Shown one piece after another: positions 8,222 through 16,602 of a stretch of 26,270 nucleotides of DNA. Source of the stretch: a virus (Duplodnaviria > Caudoviricetes); IMG/VR virus record IMGVR_UViG_3300046779_000104, positions 1-26,270 of that record; one strand, written 5' to 3'. Made by a program: the position numbers and the translations under genes. Below the pieces are notes generated by a model that saw only the letters and a program-made list of their open reading frames with translations, made no database searches and was not told the DNA's origin. The stretch's first letter is position 1, and the number at the start of each line of letters is the position of its first letter.

Positions 8222-8993
8222 GGTGACACCCCACACAGCGAACTTCCCAGCCGCCCATACCTTTAGAGGTGATGCCTTCACCAACGCCTACCTTAGTCCC
8301 ACAACCAACGCACTTACCTGCGTACTTGTTGGCAAAACCTTTAGGCTTTGGTGCTGGAGTTGCAGGAGTTTCACGAGCAGGTTCAGGTCGAGGTTGAGTA
8401 GGCTGTTTAGCCTGAGCGACTCGACCCTCAATCATTGCTGTGCGGGCCTCCTCACGAGAAGAGTACTCTGTGCTATTGTGGCTGTAACCTCGACCGTTGC
8501 AGTCAAAGCACTTGCCGTCCTCTACGTCGCTGTGTCTAGGAATAACGCCTGAACCACCACACTTCATACAGCCAGCGACATACTTGCCGTTAGGCTTTTG
8601 TGTGATAGGTGCTGCATTTCCTGCCGCTGTTGCCCTATCAACTCGTGCCTTAAGTTCCCGCTCTGCGGTTCCAGCAATGTAGTTGTCTAGGTGAGTACCG
8701 AAGTGTTTTGCAAGTGCTTTTCCGAAGTGCTCGTCCCAAATAGCGCTCGCAGCACGCACCTTTGCGCTCGCACTGTCATAGTCAGGATTGTCTTTGGCGG
8801 CGCTGAGTGCTGCCTCTACGTCCTTATGGGCAGCAGTGGCTTTGGGGTCCTCTTTTGCTGCATTGGCCGCAGTCTGGGCAATTCCCTCGGTGTCGGGATG
8901 ATAGTAGTTATCATGAAGCCACTTAGCATGCTCAGGTTTTAGGTACGGTTTTGCCATACCGTCGACGATGCTGGTGTACATGTCTCTTGACAC
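8214..8993 (-). CDS. Hypothetical protein with a DnaJ-type Zn finger and a C-terminal Zn ribbon (259 aa)
   Basis: CMKCGGSG / CFDCNGRG (two CxxCxGxG), a Pro-rich linker, then CVGC...CVGC. The GTG start overlaps the upstream TAG. Confidence 0.75.
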   Translation of the reverse strand: MSRDMYTSIVDGMAKPYLKPEHAKWLHDNYYHPDTEGIAQTAANAAKEDPKATAAHKDVEAALSAAKDNPDYDSASAKVRAASAIWDEHFGKALAKHFGTHLDNYIAGTAERELKARVDRATAAGNAAPITQKPNGKYVAGCMKCGGSGVIPRHSDVEDGKCFDCNGRGYSHNSTEYSSREEARTAMIEGRVAQAKQPTQPRPEPARETPATPAPKPKGFANKYAGKCVGCGTKVGVGEGITSKGMGGWEVRCVGCHHG

Positions 8994-9295
8994 TATTTAT
9001 TTCCTAGTCTCTTTGACATAGCAGCAGCCTTAGACTTAGCATCAGCCTTAGACGTTGCGCCCCAAGCCTGAAGGCTTAGGAGAAGTCTAGTAGGTTCTCC
9101 ATTAGGCTTCCTTTCAGGACCAGGCATGTTACCCATGCGTGCCAAGAAAGATGCACGACGTGGGTTATCGCCAGACTTTACAGGTGCTTTGAGATTCGAA
9201 CCAGGATTGGCTCGTTCATAAGACTTACGTCCCTTTTCGTTAAGGCCACCCTTAGGGTTTTTACCAGCCTTTTTCTGCCACGCTTCGCTTCCCAT
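8993..9295 (-). CDS. Basic small protein, DUF6321-like (100 aa)
   Basis: AWQKKAGKNPKGGLNEKGR, RRASFLARM, SLQAW; family name recalled, not searched. Confidence 0.72.
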   Translation of the reverse strand: MGSEAWQKKAGKNPKGGLNEKGRKSYERANPGSNLKAPVKSGDNPRRASFLARMGNMPGPERKPNGEPTRLLLSLQAWGATSKADAKSKAAAMSKRLGNK

Positions 9296-9456
9296 TACGC
9301 CTTCTTAAACTTAGGGACCTTCTTAGGGCCCTTGCCCATGGTGCCGTGCTTGGCGTGAGCCTTCTCACCAGCGGTGTCGTAAGGGTTCTTCTTGATGTTG
9401 CCCTGCTTAGTGGCCTTCACCATCTTCTCGCCCTTACCAGTTTTAGTTACTGCCAT
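9295..9456 (-). CDS. Lys-rich micro-protein (53 aa)
   Basis: Not in the track. MAVTKTGKGEKMVKATKQGNIKKNPYDTAGEKAHAKHGTMGKGPKKVPKFKKA* (15 Lys). SD TAAGGAG; TAATG coupling downstream. Confidence 0.8.
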   Translation of the reverse strand: MAVTKTGKGEKMVKATKQGNIKKNPYDTAGEKAHAKHGTMGKGPKKVPKFKKA

Positions 9457-9583
9457 TTCTTTTCTCCTTAGTTACTTTCTCTGGAAGTTGTTTAATGTTT
9501 GGCGTTTTCTTTGCCCATTCCTGAGCCACCTTAGGGTTCTTAGCGTACAGCAAACGCATCTGCGCCAGTGACTTAAAAGGCAT
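9443..9583 (-). CDS. Basic micro-protein of the 'MPFKS..Q' type (46 aa)
   Basis: Not in the track. MPFKSLAQMRLLYAKNPKVAQEWAKKTPNIKQLPEKVTKEKRNGSN*; TAATG-coupled to the upstream gene. Confidence 0.75.
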   Translation of the reverse strand: MPFKSLAQMRLLYAKNPKVAQEWAKKTPNIKQLPEKVTKEKRNGSN

Positions 9584-10032
9584 TAGTCGTACCAGATACC
9601 GTTGCCAGCAAGAATCCAGTCGTTTGTACCAATCTTAATTAGTCGTGTAACGCCTGTTCCTGTAAACCCCATGTAGTTGGTGCTTGTTCCGTTTCCTTCG
9701 CCGTAAACATTAGAGCGAGTATCAGAGCCGTCATGGGTCTGTTCACGCATCATAATGGATGCGTCAATGGTCACAAAAGTAATGACTGTTCCAATTGGAA
9801 ATGCGACAGAAGCATTAGCAGGAACAACAAAGTCCTGGTTGTAGTTATTTTCGTCTTTAGTTACCACAATCATTGTTCCAGCGTCAGCCAGCGTGAGAGT
9901 GATGTCAGTGGTAGTTGATACAATCGGGTTTCTAGTGCTAACTTTGAGTGCGTTAGTGTCTAGGTGGTCTAGGGCAGTGTTTAGGGTGGTTCCCCAAGCA
10001 GTCTGTCCAACTGTAGGTTTAACGAGCGGCAT
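9583..10032 (-). CDS. Putative virion accessory / fibre-like protein (149 aa)
   Basis: N-terminal PTVGQTAWGTTLN anchor-like motif; beta-rich C-terminal domain (VPANASVAFPIGT...LIKIGTNDWILAG) of the kind seen at fibre ends. Confidence 0.6.
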   Translation of the reverse strand: MPLVKPTVGQTAWGTTLNTALDHLDTNALKVSTRNPIVSTTTDITLTLADAGTMIVVTKDENNYNQDFVVPANASVAFPIGTVITFVTIDASIMMREQTHDGSDTRSNVYGEGNGTSTNYMGFTGTGVTRLIKIGTNDWILAGNGIWYD

Positions 10033-10034
10033 GG

Positions 10035-10640
10035 TTACTCTCCGTAAGGGTCAGAGCCATAGCCACCAGAGCCATAGCCGATTGTTCTAAGGTCTGCCTT
10101 AACTGGTGTGGCATACTTCTGGAACTGTGGGTCGTTTACTAGTTCTTCAGGGTTTAGTTGGTTGCAGTCGATGGTTACGACGGTGTAACGGTTTGCAAAC
10201 GAACCACGAGGAAGAACACGGGTTGGAACGAATACGCTTCCACGGTACACGATGCGGTCTTTAATGTGGCGGTTAGCGTCCGTAAGAATCGTAGGGAGAA
10301 GTCTTTCAACTTCACCAACGTTGATTACTAGTCGAAGTGTGTCAGTTACGTAGAAACCACGCTCGTTCATGACGTTAGTACCACGAATGAACTGGGCCAT
10401 GATGACAGGGAACTTGAATGGAAGCATCCAGCGACGACCACCGCTAACACTAGAACTGGAAACGTCATAGATGTCGTCAACGATTGTTGTGTAGTTTTGC
10501 TCTAGGTAGTAGTCCTGCCAACGGAACCAGTCAACGTCAACACCTACGGTTGCGCCAAGTTCTTCTCCGATGCCTTCGTACATAGACTTGGCTTCGTAGT
10601 CAATAGTAAAGCGGCCGTTGTCGGCTCCACCACCACGCAT
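10035..10640 (-). CDS. Putative head-closure (stopper) protein (201 aa)
   Basis: Start revised to ATG 10640 (GGAAGG SD). Beta-rich with KDRIVYRGSVF, and C-terminal GYGSGGYGSDPYGE. Function inferred. Confidence 0.5.
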   Translation of the reverse strand: MRGGGADNGRFTIDYEAKSMYEGIGEELGATVGVDVDWFRWQDYYLEQNYTTIVDDIYDVSSSSVSGGRRWMLPFKFPVIMAQFIRGTNVMNERGFYVTDTLRLVINVGEVERLLPTILTDANRHIKDRIVYRGSVFVPTRVLPRGSFANRYTVVTIDCNQLNPEELVNDPQFQKYATPVKADLRTIGYGSGGYGSDPYGE

Positions 10641-10651
10641 TAGAGACCTTC

Positions 10652-11086
10652 CTAGCCTATTGTTCCCCATGTAGGGGTTGAGCCAGCGGCGCTGTTAGAC
10701 TTAACAGCACTGGCAGTAACGAATGAGGTTCCATTCCAAACTTTTGTTGCAGTAACTGGTACAAAGGTAGAGCCATTCCAAACAGTAACTGCGCTTGTAA
10801 ACGCATCGTAGGTCACCGTGGTAGCCACCGATTCACCAAGAGAAGAAACAAAACCCTCAGCAGTAATGGTTAATCGGTACTCTTTTCCACCCTGTAGCCC
10901 TGTGACTGCAACGTTTGTTCCAGTTTCTAACGACGAGGTGTACACAGCCGAGCCACCAGACTTAAGCGCCAACGATACACTGACACTTCTAGGCAGGGTA
11001 GACCCATTCCAGTTCACAGACCAGTTTAGGGTCAGTGATTGTGTGCCTCTGGTTAGGCTTCCACTAGGAATAGGACCAATAGCCAT
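10652..11086 (-). CDS. Fibronectin-III/Ig-like protein, putative fibre-tip partner (144 aa)
   Basis: LTLNW...VTGLQGGKEYRLTITA is an FN3 pattern; C-terminal VWNGSTF / VWNGTSF repeat. Confidence 0.62.
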   Translation of the reverse strand: MAIGPIPSGSLTRGTQSLTLNWSVNWNGSTLPRSVSVSLALKSGGSAVYTSSLETGTNVAVTGLQGGKEYRLTITAEGFVSSLGESVATTVTYDAFTSAVTVWNGSTFVPVTATKVWNGTSFVTASAVKSNSAAGSTPTWGTIG

Positions 11087-12474
11087 TAAATCTGAATCCA
11101 GACGTCACCAACAACCCAACCGCCTACTGGTGTAGATGGCTGAGTAGAACTGACATAGATACGGTTTCCACCTGTGGTTAGCGAGGTACCTGTGGCACCT
11201 ACTTCACCTGCAAGAGCAAAAGTCCAAGAAGTGATAGTTCCAGAACCGCCTGTGCGGTCTACAGAAACAGTGATGCTAGTGTTAGCCACCAGCGACGTGA
11301 TTACACCTTCAAGATAGTTAGACGCTGAACCAGTGTTGATAACTCGCACACGGTTACCTACAGCAAATGCGCCCGTGTTCGCTACGGTGAAAGTTTTAGA
11401 GCCTGTAGAGATACTCTGAGATGTAGACGATGTGCTGCTTGCGTAACCTGCACCTGTCGCACCAGTTGGGCCTGTGCTTCCTGTGCTTCCTGTGTCACCC
11501 TTGTCTCCCTTAGGGATACTGAAGTTGAACACGGCAGCACTGCTAGTGCCAGCGTTTGTAACAGTGGCACTCGAACCAGCAGCACCTGTAGTGACAGTGC
11601 CTACGGAGATTGTGGCTGCAGTTCCTGTGTCGCCCTTTAGACCGCCCAAGGCAAATGTCCAAGAAGTGTATGTTCCGCTACCAACAACTAAGTCAACAGA
11701 GACTGTAATGCTGGTGTTTGCGCTTAGGGAGGTGATTGTTCCTTCGGCGTACTTGTCGGCGGCGTTAATGATACGGACACGGTTACCTACAGCAAACGCA
11801 CCCGTGCTTGCCACAGACCAAGTCTTTGAGCCTACAGTCAGGGTATTGCTTGTAGTAGAGGTAGCGCCTGAATAGCCAGGACCTGTGGCACCTGTGCTGC
11901 CTGTTGCACCACGTGGGATTGAGAAGGCAAATACGGCTTCACCGCTAGTTCCAGTGTTAGTAACAGTTGCGGAAGAACCTGCAGCACCCGTAGTAACTGT
12001 CCCCACAGCAATCGTGGCTGCCGCACCTCTAGGGATAGCAAAGTCAAGAACAGCAGCACTTGTGGTGCCGCTGTTAGTCACAGTGGCATCTGAGCCAGCG
12101 TTTCCTGTGGTTACAGTTCCGACAGAGATAGTGGCAGCATCGCCTGTGTCACCCTTGTCGCCCTTGTTTCCTCTAGGGATAGTGAAGTCAAAAACGGCCT
12201 CTTCAGATGTGCCCGTATTAGTTACGGAGGCACTTGAACCAGCGGCACCAGTTGTTACTGTTCCCACCTCAATGGTGGCTGCAGTACCCTGAGGTCCAGT
12301 TAGATTCTGGAAGGCTAGGGAGTTCCACGCAGTAGAGCCGTCACCAATCTTGAAGTATCCAGCATTGGTTCCGCTTGTGACGTAGCCTATCTCACCTGCG
12401 GCTAGGACAGGGTTAGCGTTCGACCAGTTTGTGGCTGTGTCTCTGCGGTGTTGGATTCTTGTTTGAATGGGCAT
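11086..12474 (-). CDS. Fibre protein with an Mtd_N/hyaluronidase-N-type anchor and modular repeats (462 aa)
   Basis: N-terminal IQHRRDTATNW..NPVLAAGEIG..FKIGDGSTAWNSL; four AAT(I)xVGTVTTG..F.IPxG repeats; two larger repeats; Gly-X-Y linkers. Confidence 0.8.
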   Translation of the reverse strand: MPIQTRIQHRRDTATNWSNANPVLAAGEIGYVTSGTNAGYFKIGDGSTAWNSLAFQNLTGPQGTAATIEVGTVTTGAAGSSASVTNTGTSEEAVFDFTIPRGNKGDKGDTGDAATISVGTVTTGNAGSDATVTNSGTTSAAVLDFAIPRGAAATIAVGTVTTGAAGSSATVTNTGTSGEAVFAFSIPRGATGSTGATGPGYSGATSTTSNTLTVGSKTWSVASTGAFAVGNRVRIINAADKYAEGTITSLSANTSITVSVDLVVGSGTYTSWTFALGGLKGDTGTAATISVGTVTTGAAGSSATVTNAGTSSAAVFNFSIPKGDKGDTGSTGSTGPTGATGAGYASSTSSTSQSISTGSKTFTVANTGAFAVGNRVRVINTGSASNYLEGVITSLVANTSITVSVDRTGGSGTITSWTFALAGEVGATGTSLTTGGNRIYVSSTQPSTPVGGWVVGDVWIQI

Positions 12475-12480
12475 GTATTC

Positions 12481-12510
12481 ACTTTACCTTAGATAGATTG
12501 AGGGGTCAGG
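12481..12510 (-). promoter_or_regulatory. Candidate promoter CCTGACC-N17-TAAAGT, 6 nt before the ATG (leaderless geometry)
   Basis: Fills almost the whole 36-nt intergenic gap; same spacing as the four other sites. Confidence 0.55.
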
Positions 12511-13755
12511 CTAAGCCTCGAGAGCCTCGATGCGTGCGGTCAAACTCTCGACCATTCCAATGAGGTCGTTGATAGCCTGCGCCATTACAGGGATGATTTT
12601 GGCTTCCATTACCTCTTGATAGATAGGCTTACCGTCTTCATCAACAGCATCCTTTTCACCAACAACTGCGTCAGGTTGCACCTCAGCAAGTTCATGTGCC
12701 AAGAAACCTGTGTGGAGATTATCAGAAGGGTCAATTTCATTAATCTTGTAGAAGGTATAGGCTTTAGCCTTCTTCATGCGTTCAATAGCATCACTCACAG
12801 GAGTGATGTCCGTCTTCATGCGGTAGTCCGAACCAGAAGCAAATGCTGGGGTACCACCAGAAGCAATGTTGATTACACCGTTGTTAGTTCCGTTGTAAAT
12901 AAACTGGAAGAACGGAACAGTACCTGAGGTTCCGTAACGGTGGGCGTAGTAAACGATACCTGCGCTTCGTGCTGAGAGCACGTAACCGTTAGGGTTCATG
13001 TACACACCAGGGTCTTGCGACGTGGTTGTTGCAGATTTTCCATTGTGAGAAATAACGTTACCTGCGTACACGTTAGTTCCAGCAATAAGCGCAGTACCAG
13101 ATTCAATAGCGTCACCAGCGTAAATAGTTCCTACACCAGCCGTAGGGTTGTACACGTACAGCCCGCCATAGACTGTTAAGTTTTGGGCGTTACCAGCCGA
13201 ACCGAGGTTAACTGCCCCTGTAAACGACGCACCGCTGAGTGCGGCGTACGAAGTTGATGCCTGAGTTGCCATGGTACCCAAACCAAGGGTTGTTCTGGCT
13301 GTAGAGGCGTCAGCATCATCTACTAGTGAGCGACCGAATGAAGTAAACGTAGCAAGTGCCGCAGTACCAGCACCAGTGTAGTAAGGTAGTCGGTCTGCCG
13401 CCGAGGTCAGACCAGCAATAGCAGCCAAGTCGGCATCGTAAGCCTGGACGTTGGTTCCGATAGCAAGCCCCAACGTTGTTCTAGCGGTTGAGGCATCTGC
13501 ATCATCGACCAAGGACCTACCGAATGACGTAAATGTAGCCAAAGCAGCCGTGCCTGCGCCAGTGTAATAAGGTACTCGGTCTGCTGCTGAGGTCAGGCCT
13601 GCAATAGCGGCAAGGTCCGCATCGTACGCTTGAACGCTTACACCAATGTCCCCAGTGTAGACACCGTTAGTTACAGAGGTTGCGTTTCCTGAAAATGTGG
13701 CTGCAGTAATAGTTCTGCCAGCAGCGTTTAAATCAGTAAGTATCTTTTTGGCCAT
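12511..13755 (-). CDS. Fibre/spike protein with a C-terminal peptidase-S74 intramolecular chaperone (414 aa)
   Basis: SDYRMKTDI cleavage motif, [15 protein letters not shown] and a terminal coiled coil. Confidence 0.88.
   Translation of the reverse strand: MAKKILTDLNAAGRTITAATFSGNATSVTNGVYTGDIGVSVQAYDADLAAIAGLTSAADRVPYYTGAGTAALATFTSFGRSLVDDADASTARTTLGLAIGTNVQAYDADLAAIAGLTSAADRLPYYTGAGTAALATFTSFGRSLVDDADASTARTTLGLGTMATQASTSYAALSGASFTGAVNLGSAGNAQNLTVYGGLYVYNPTAGVGTIYAGDAIESGTALIAGTNVYAGNVISHNGKSATTTSQDPGVYMNPNGYVLSARSAGIVYYAHRYGTSGTVPFFQFIYNGTNNGVINIASGGTPAFASGSDYRMKTDITPVSDAIERMKKAKAYTFYKINEIDPSDNLHTGFLAHELAEVQPDAVVGEKDAVDEDGKPIYQEVMEAKIIPVMAQAINDLIGMVESLTARIEALEA
13279..13635 (-). repeat. 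Intragenic tandem repeat, 2 x 57 codons, period 186 nt
   Basis: [20 protein letters not shown][V/L][36 protein letters not shown] at 13635-13465 and 13449-13279. Confidence 0.9.
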
Positions 13756-13764
13756 GGACTAATC

Positions 13765-14973
13765 CTAACCAACGATGACGTACGTGTATGCGCTTCTGTC
13801 AGATACCGAGGATGCAAATGTAAAGGTAGTAGTTCCGCCAGAAGTCGATGCGTTAGTCACATCAACTTCAACCTGAGCACCAGTAGAGGTCTCAAACAGT
13901 TGTGCGGTAACCCACTGCCCTAGAGCGTGGTTAACAACAATCGATGAGCCTGACGAAGCAGGTCCAGCAGCAGTTACCTTCTTGGTGTAGGTGTTGGTGT
14001 CAACCGATAGGTTACCGCTCGAGTCAGACTTAACAAAACCAGCAGACGATAGACCAACCTTGGTAAGGCTCGAGTTAACAACTCCAGCACCAAGGGTTGT
14101 CGCATTTAGGACGCTGTTACCAGCGATGTGGTATGCCTGACCTGTGGCTAGGTCAAAGTCTTCCGACGATGTCCAAGCCTGAGTCGAACTAACCCAGTTA
14201 AGAGTCTTGTCAGTGTCACCCTTTAGAGTAATACCACCACCGTTAGCAGTAGTGTCTGTAGGAGTTGCTACGGAGCCAAGTTCGAGGTTCTTGTCGTCTA
14301 CAGTAATTGTGGTTGAGTTAACTGTGGTTGTGGTTCCGTTAACGGTTAGGTTTCCACCAATAACAACAGCACCAGTAACATCTAGGCTGGTAAGGGTGCC
14401 TACCGAAGTCAACGACGACGCCGTAACTCCCGAGTTAAGAGTGTTTCCAGTCAGTGTTCCCGCCGCAGCAGTAACTGTAATGTCAGCAGAACCATCAAAA
14501 GCAACACCATTAATGTTGCGGGCTGTGGTTAGCGTTGCAGCCGAACCAGTGGTGTTCTGGTTAAGGGTAGGAATGTCAGCAGCAACCAGTGCACGGAATG
14601 ATGGAGTTCCGTTGGAGCCGTTAGGGGCCGCTAGAACATAGTTCATGGTCTTGGTGCCGTAAGGGTTTACGGAGTCACCATACGCAGTGGCCAGCGAGAT
14701 TACTGGAGTGCTAGTACCGTTGGCTACATCGATACTGCCTGATGTACCGCTAACGCTGCTTACTGTGCCGCCAGCAGTCGATAGTGCAGTCCATGCAGTG
14801 CCGTTAAAGACATAGATGGTTCCAGCGTACGACGACAACTGCCCAGCAACAGCAGTGCCAGTACCATCTGGGTTGGTAGTGCCAGTAGGAGTAGAAGCCC
14901 ATCGGGCATCAATACGACCATTCAGCAACGAGTTGTTGCTGAGGTTTATGGAAGTCAAAAAGGTTTTAGCCAT
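13765..14973 (-). CDS. Fibre-like virion protein (402 aa)
   Basis: Thr/Gly/Ser-rich with common fibre motifs (TARNINGVAFDGSADIT, SSLTSVGTL, GNLTVNGTTTTVNST). Confidence 0.78.
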   Translation of the reverse strand: MAKTFLTSINLSNNSLLNGRIDARWASTPTGTTNPDGTGTAVAGQLSSYAGTIYVFNGTAWTALSTAGGTVSSVSGTSGSIDVANGTSTPVISLATAYGDSVNPYGTKTMNYVLAAPNGSNGTPSFRALVAADIPTLNQNTTGSAATLTTARNINGVAFDGSADITVTAAAGTLTGNTLNSGVTASSLTSVGTLTSLDVTGAVVIGGNLTVNGTTTTVNSTTITVDDKNLELGSVATPTDTTANGGGITLKGDTDKTLNWVSSTQAWTSSEDFDLATGQAYHIAGNSVLNATTLGAGVVNSSLTKVGLSSAGFVKSDSSGNLSVDTNTYTKKVTAAGPASSGSSIVVNHALGQWVTAQLFETSTGAQVEVDVTNASTSGGTTTFTFASSVSDRSAYTYVIVG

Positions 14974-14982
14974 AATTTATCC

Positions 14983-15429
14983 TTAGGAAAGGTATGCAGT
15001 GCCGTACACAGGGGCGGTGAATGTGACGGTTAACTGGTCAGTATTAGTGTAGGTTATGTCACCAAAAAACTCAGTGCCAAGTGCGTTAATTACCCGAACG
15101 CTGGGGTAAAATCCAAGATTGTGGTCGATGTTCCAGACAGAAATTGAGTCATCTGGTGTGTACGTGAACGATTGTCCAGAAGGCCCTGGCTCACCAGGTT
15201 CTCCTTGCGGCCCTGTTGCTCCAGTAGGTCCTGTAGGACCTGTAGCGCCTGGCAACCCTTGTGGGCCTCGTTGCCCAGGGACACCAGGAAGTAAATTAAT
15301 GTCTACAATCGGCTGCGCCTGGTCATTAGGGATACCGTAGTCAGGGTACGCTACAGGGTCCAGAATGCTTTCATCAGGCTGCTGAAGAAGATTTACATCT
15401 TTCTCAGGATAGACAGGGTATGTGGGCAT
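14983..15429 (-). CDS. Collagen-like fibre/connector protein (148 aa)
   Basis: About 13 Gly-X-Y triplets followed by a [11 protein letters not shown] domain. Confidence 0.8.
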   Translation of the reverse strand: MPTYPVYPEKDVNLLQQPDESILDPVAYPDYGIPNDQAQPIVDINLLPGVPGQRGPQGLPGATGPTGPTGATGPQGEPGEPGPSGQSFTYTPDDSISVWNIDHNLGFYPSVRVINALGTEFFGDITYTNTDQLTVTFTAPVYGTAYLS

Positions 15430-16481
15430 TAGATAACTATCGTGCTCGAACGTGCAGTGAAGAAGTTTCCACCAATCACCTCAAGAGGAATAGTGGAGTC
15501 GTTGTCTACACGAACAGACCAATACGTGCGCTCAGCAAGTCGGAGAGTCTGGTCGTCAGTCAACGAGATAGTTGCTTCATACGTGCCATCGTCGTTATCT
15601 GTGATGACCGCATCAAACTCACGAACCACTAGTGGACTTGAACGCTGGTTAAGAAGTACCACCAAGAACGAGGCACCAGCCTCGTACTCCCAAGTAAGAG
15701 TAGTAGTGAACGCACGTCCCTGGTAAGCGGTAAGTTCTCCTGCAGTGGTTGGCCACTCAACAGGCTTGTCGCCATAAGTTGGGGCTGGCATGTCCACACG
15801 CTGTGGGTATGAGCGGTCGTCCACTTCTTGTGGCTTGTAGACAGGAATGTAGCGACCAGTAGCCTTGGAGATTCGACGGAACGAGAACACGTCAATCTTG
15901 TACATACCGACGCCAAGGTGAACACAAAGGTCACGGTACTGTGCCTGACGTGCCTGCACCATGTCCATAAGTTGGCGGTAACGCTCAGCACGAGGGATGC
16001 TCACACCATCTGGCGCAGCAATGTCAATGTCAAACGAGGCGTCAGTAGCAAGAGTGTAAAGGGCAAGAGTAACTGCGTAAATAGCGACAGGGTACTCTTC
16101 AATAGAAGGCAAGGTGGCGGCAGTTACTTTGCGGCCTAGAGAGTCCACACCACCGTTAGCGTGCTGCGACACAGCGTCCTCGACAAGGGTGGCAAGTTCA
16201 GCGTTAGTGAAGTAGCGGTAGTAAGTTCCGCTAACAGTCATCTCTGCACCATCGGCAGGGACATCCTCAGTGACTAGCACACCAGTGGATTCTTCCACGT
16301 AGCAGTTGTCGGTAATTTCCAAGCCATTCTGGTAGACGACAACGCTGGGTGCGTCTAGAGGGGCGTAGTGAAGTTTAAAACGGTTGGTGCTGCCATCGGC
16401 CACGAACTGTGTGACGAACGACTTGCCCATGTCGCCTAACTCAAGGCGAACTCTACTGACGAGAGTATCGATGCTTGCCAT
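15429..16481 (-). CDS. Putative head-tail adaptor / neck protein with extra domains (350 aa)
   Basis: VRLELGD N-terminus, YFTNAEL, and [11 protein letters not shown] motifs typical of adaptors; two genes after the capsid; SD GGAGG. Confidence 0.6.
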   Translation of the reverse strand: MASIDTLVSRVRLELGDMGKSFVTQFVADGSTNRFKLHYAPLDAPSVVVYQNGLEITDNCYVEESTGVLVTEDVPADGAEMTVSGTYYRYFTNAELATLVEDAVSQHANGGVDSLGRKVTAATLPSIEEYPVAIYAVTLALYTLATDASFDIDIAAPDGVSIPRAERYRQLMDMVQARQAQYRDLCVHLGVGMYKIDVFSFRRISKATGRYIPVYKPQEVDDRSYPQRVDMPAPTYGDKPVEWPTTAGELTAYQGRAFTTTLTWEYEAGASFLVVLLNQRSSPLVVREFDAVITDNDDGTYEATISLTDDQTLRLAERTYWSVRVDNDSTIPLEVIGGNFFTARSSTIVI

Positions 16482-16506
16482 ACATCCTCCGAAATCTTCT
16501 CTACTA

Positions 16507-16536
16507 ATGGTCGCTTATTTAACGACTAAATACAGG
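16507..16536 (-). promoter_or_regulatory. Candidate promoter CCTGTAT-N17-GACCAT
   Basis: Weaker match to the shared motif, located just after a terminator. Confidence 0.4.
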
Positions 16537-16538
16537 GT

Positions 16539-16588
16539 AAAAGGAAGCCCGTCCTGCTGGTGAGGAGGGCGGGACCAGCAGAACGGGC
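16539..16588 (-). terminator. Intrinsic terminator with a long stem and a C-rich loop
   Basis: Minus strand GCCCGTTCTGCTGGT-CCCGCCCTCCTC-ACCAGCAGGACGGGC followed by TTCCTTTT. Confidence 0.78.
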
Positions 16589-16602
16589 AACTTAGCGGAG
16601 AA

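Noticed and set aside
11086-12474. Diversity-generating retroelement target, suggested by the Mtd_N-like N-terminus
   Set aside because: Only the anchor domain is similar. No reverse transcriptase and no TR/VR pair with adenine-specific mismatches is visible in the window.
13279-13635. Repeat pair as a DGR template/variable repeat or a CRISPR-like array
   Set aside because: Differences are synonymous third-position changes of all base types within one ORF, and there are no spacers.
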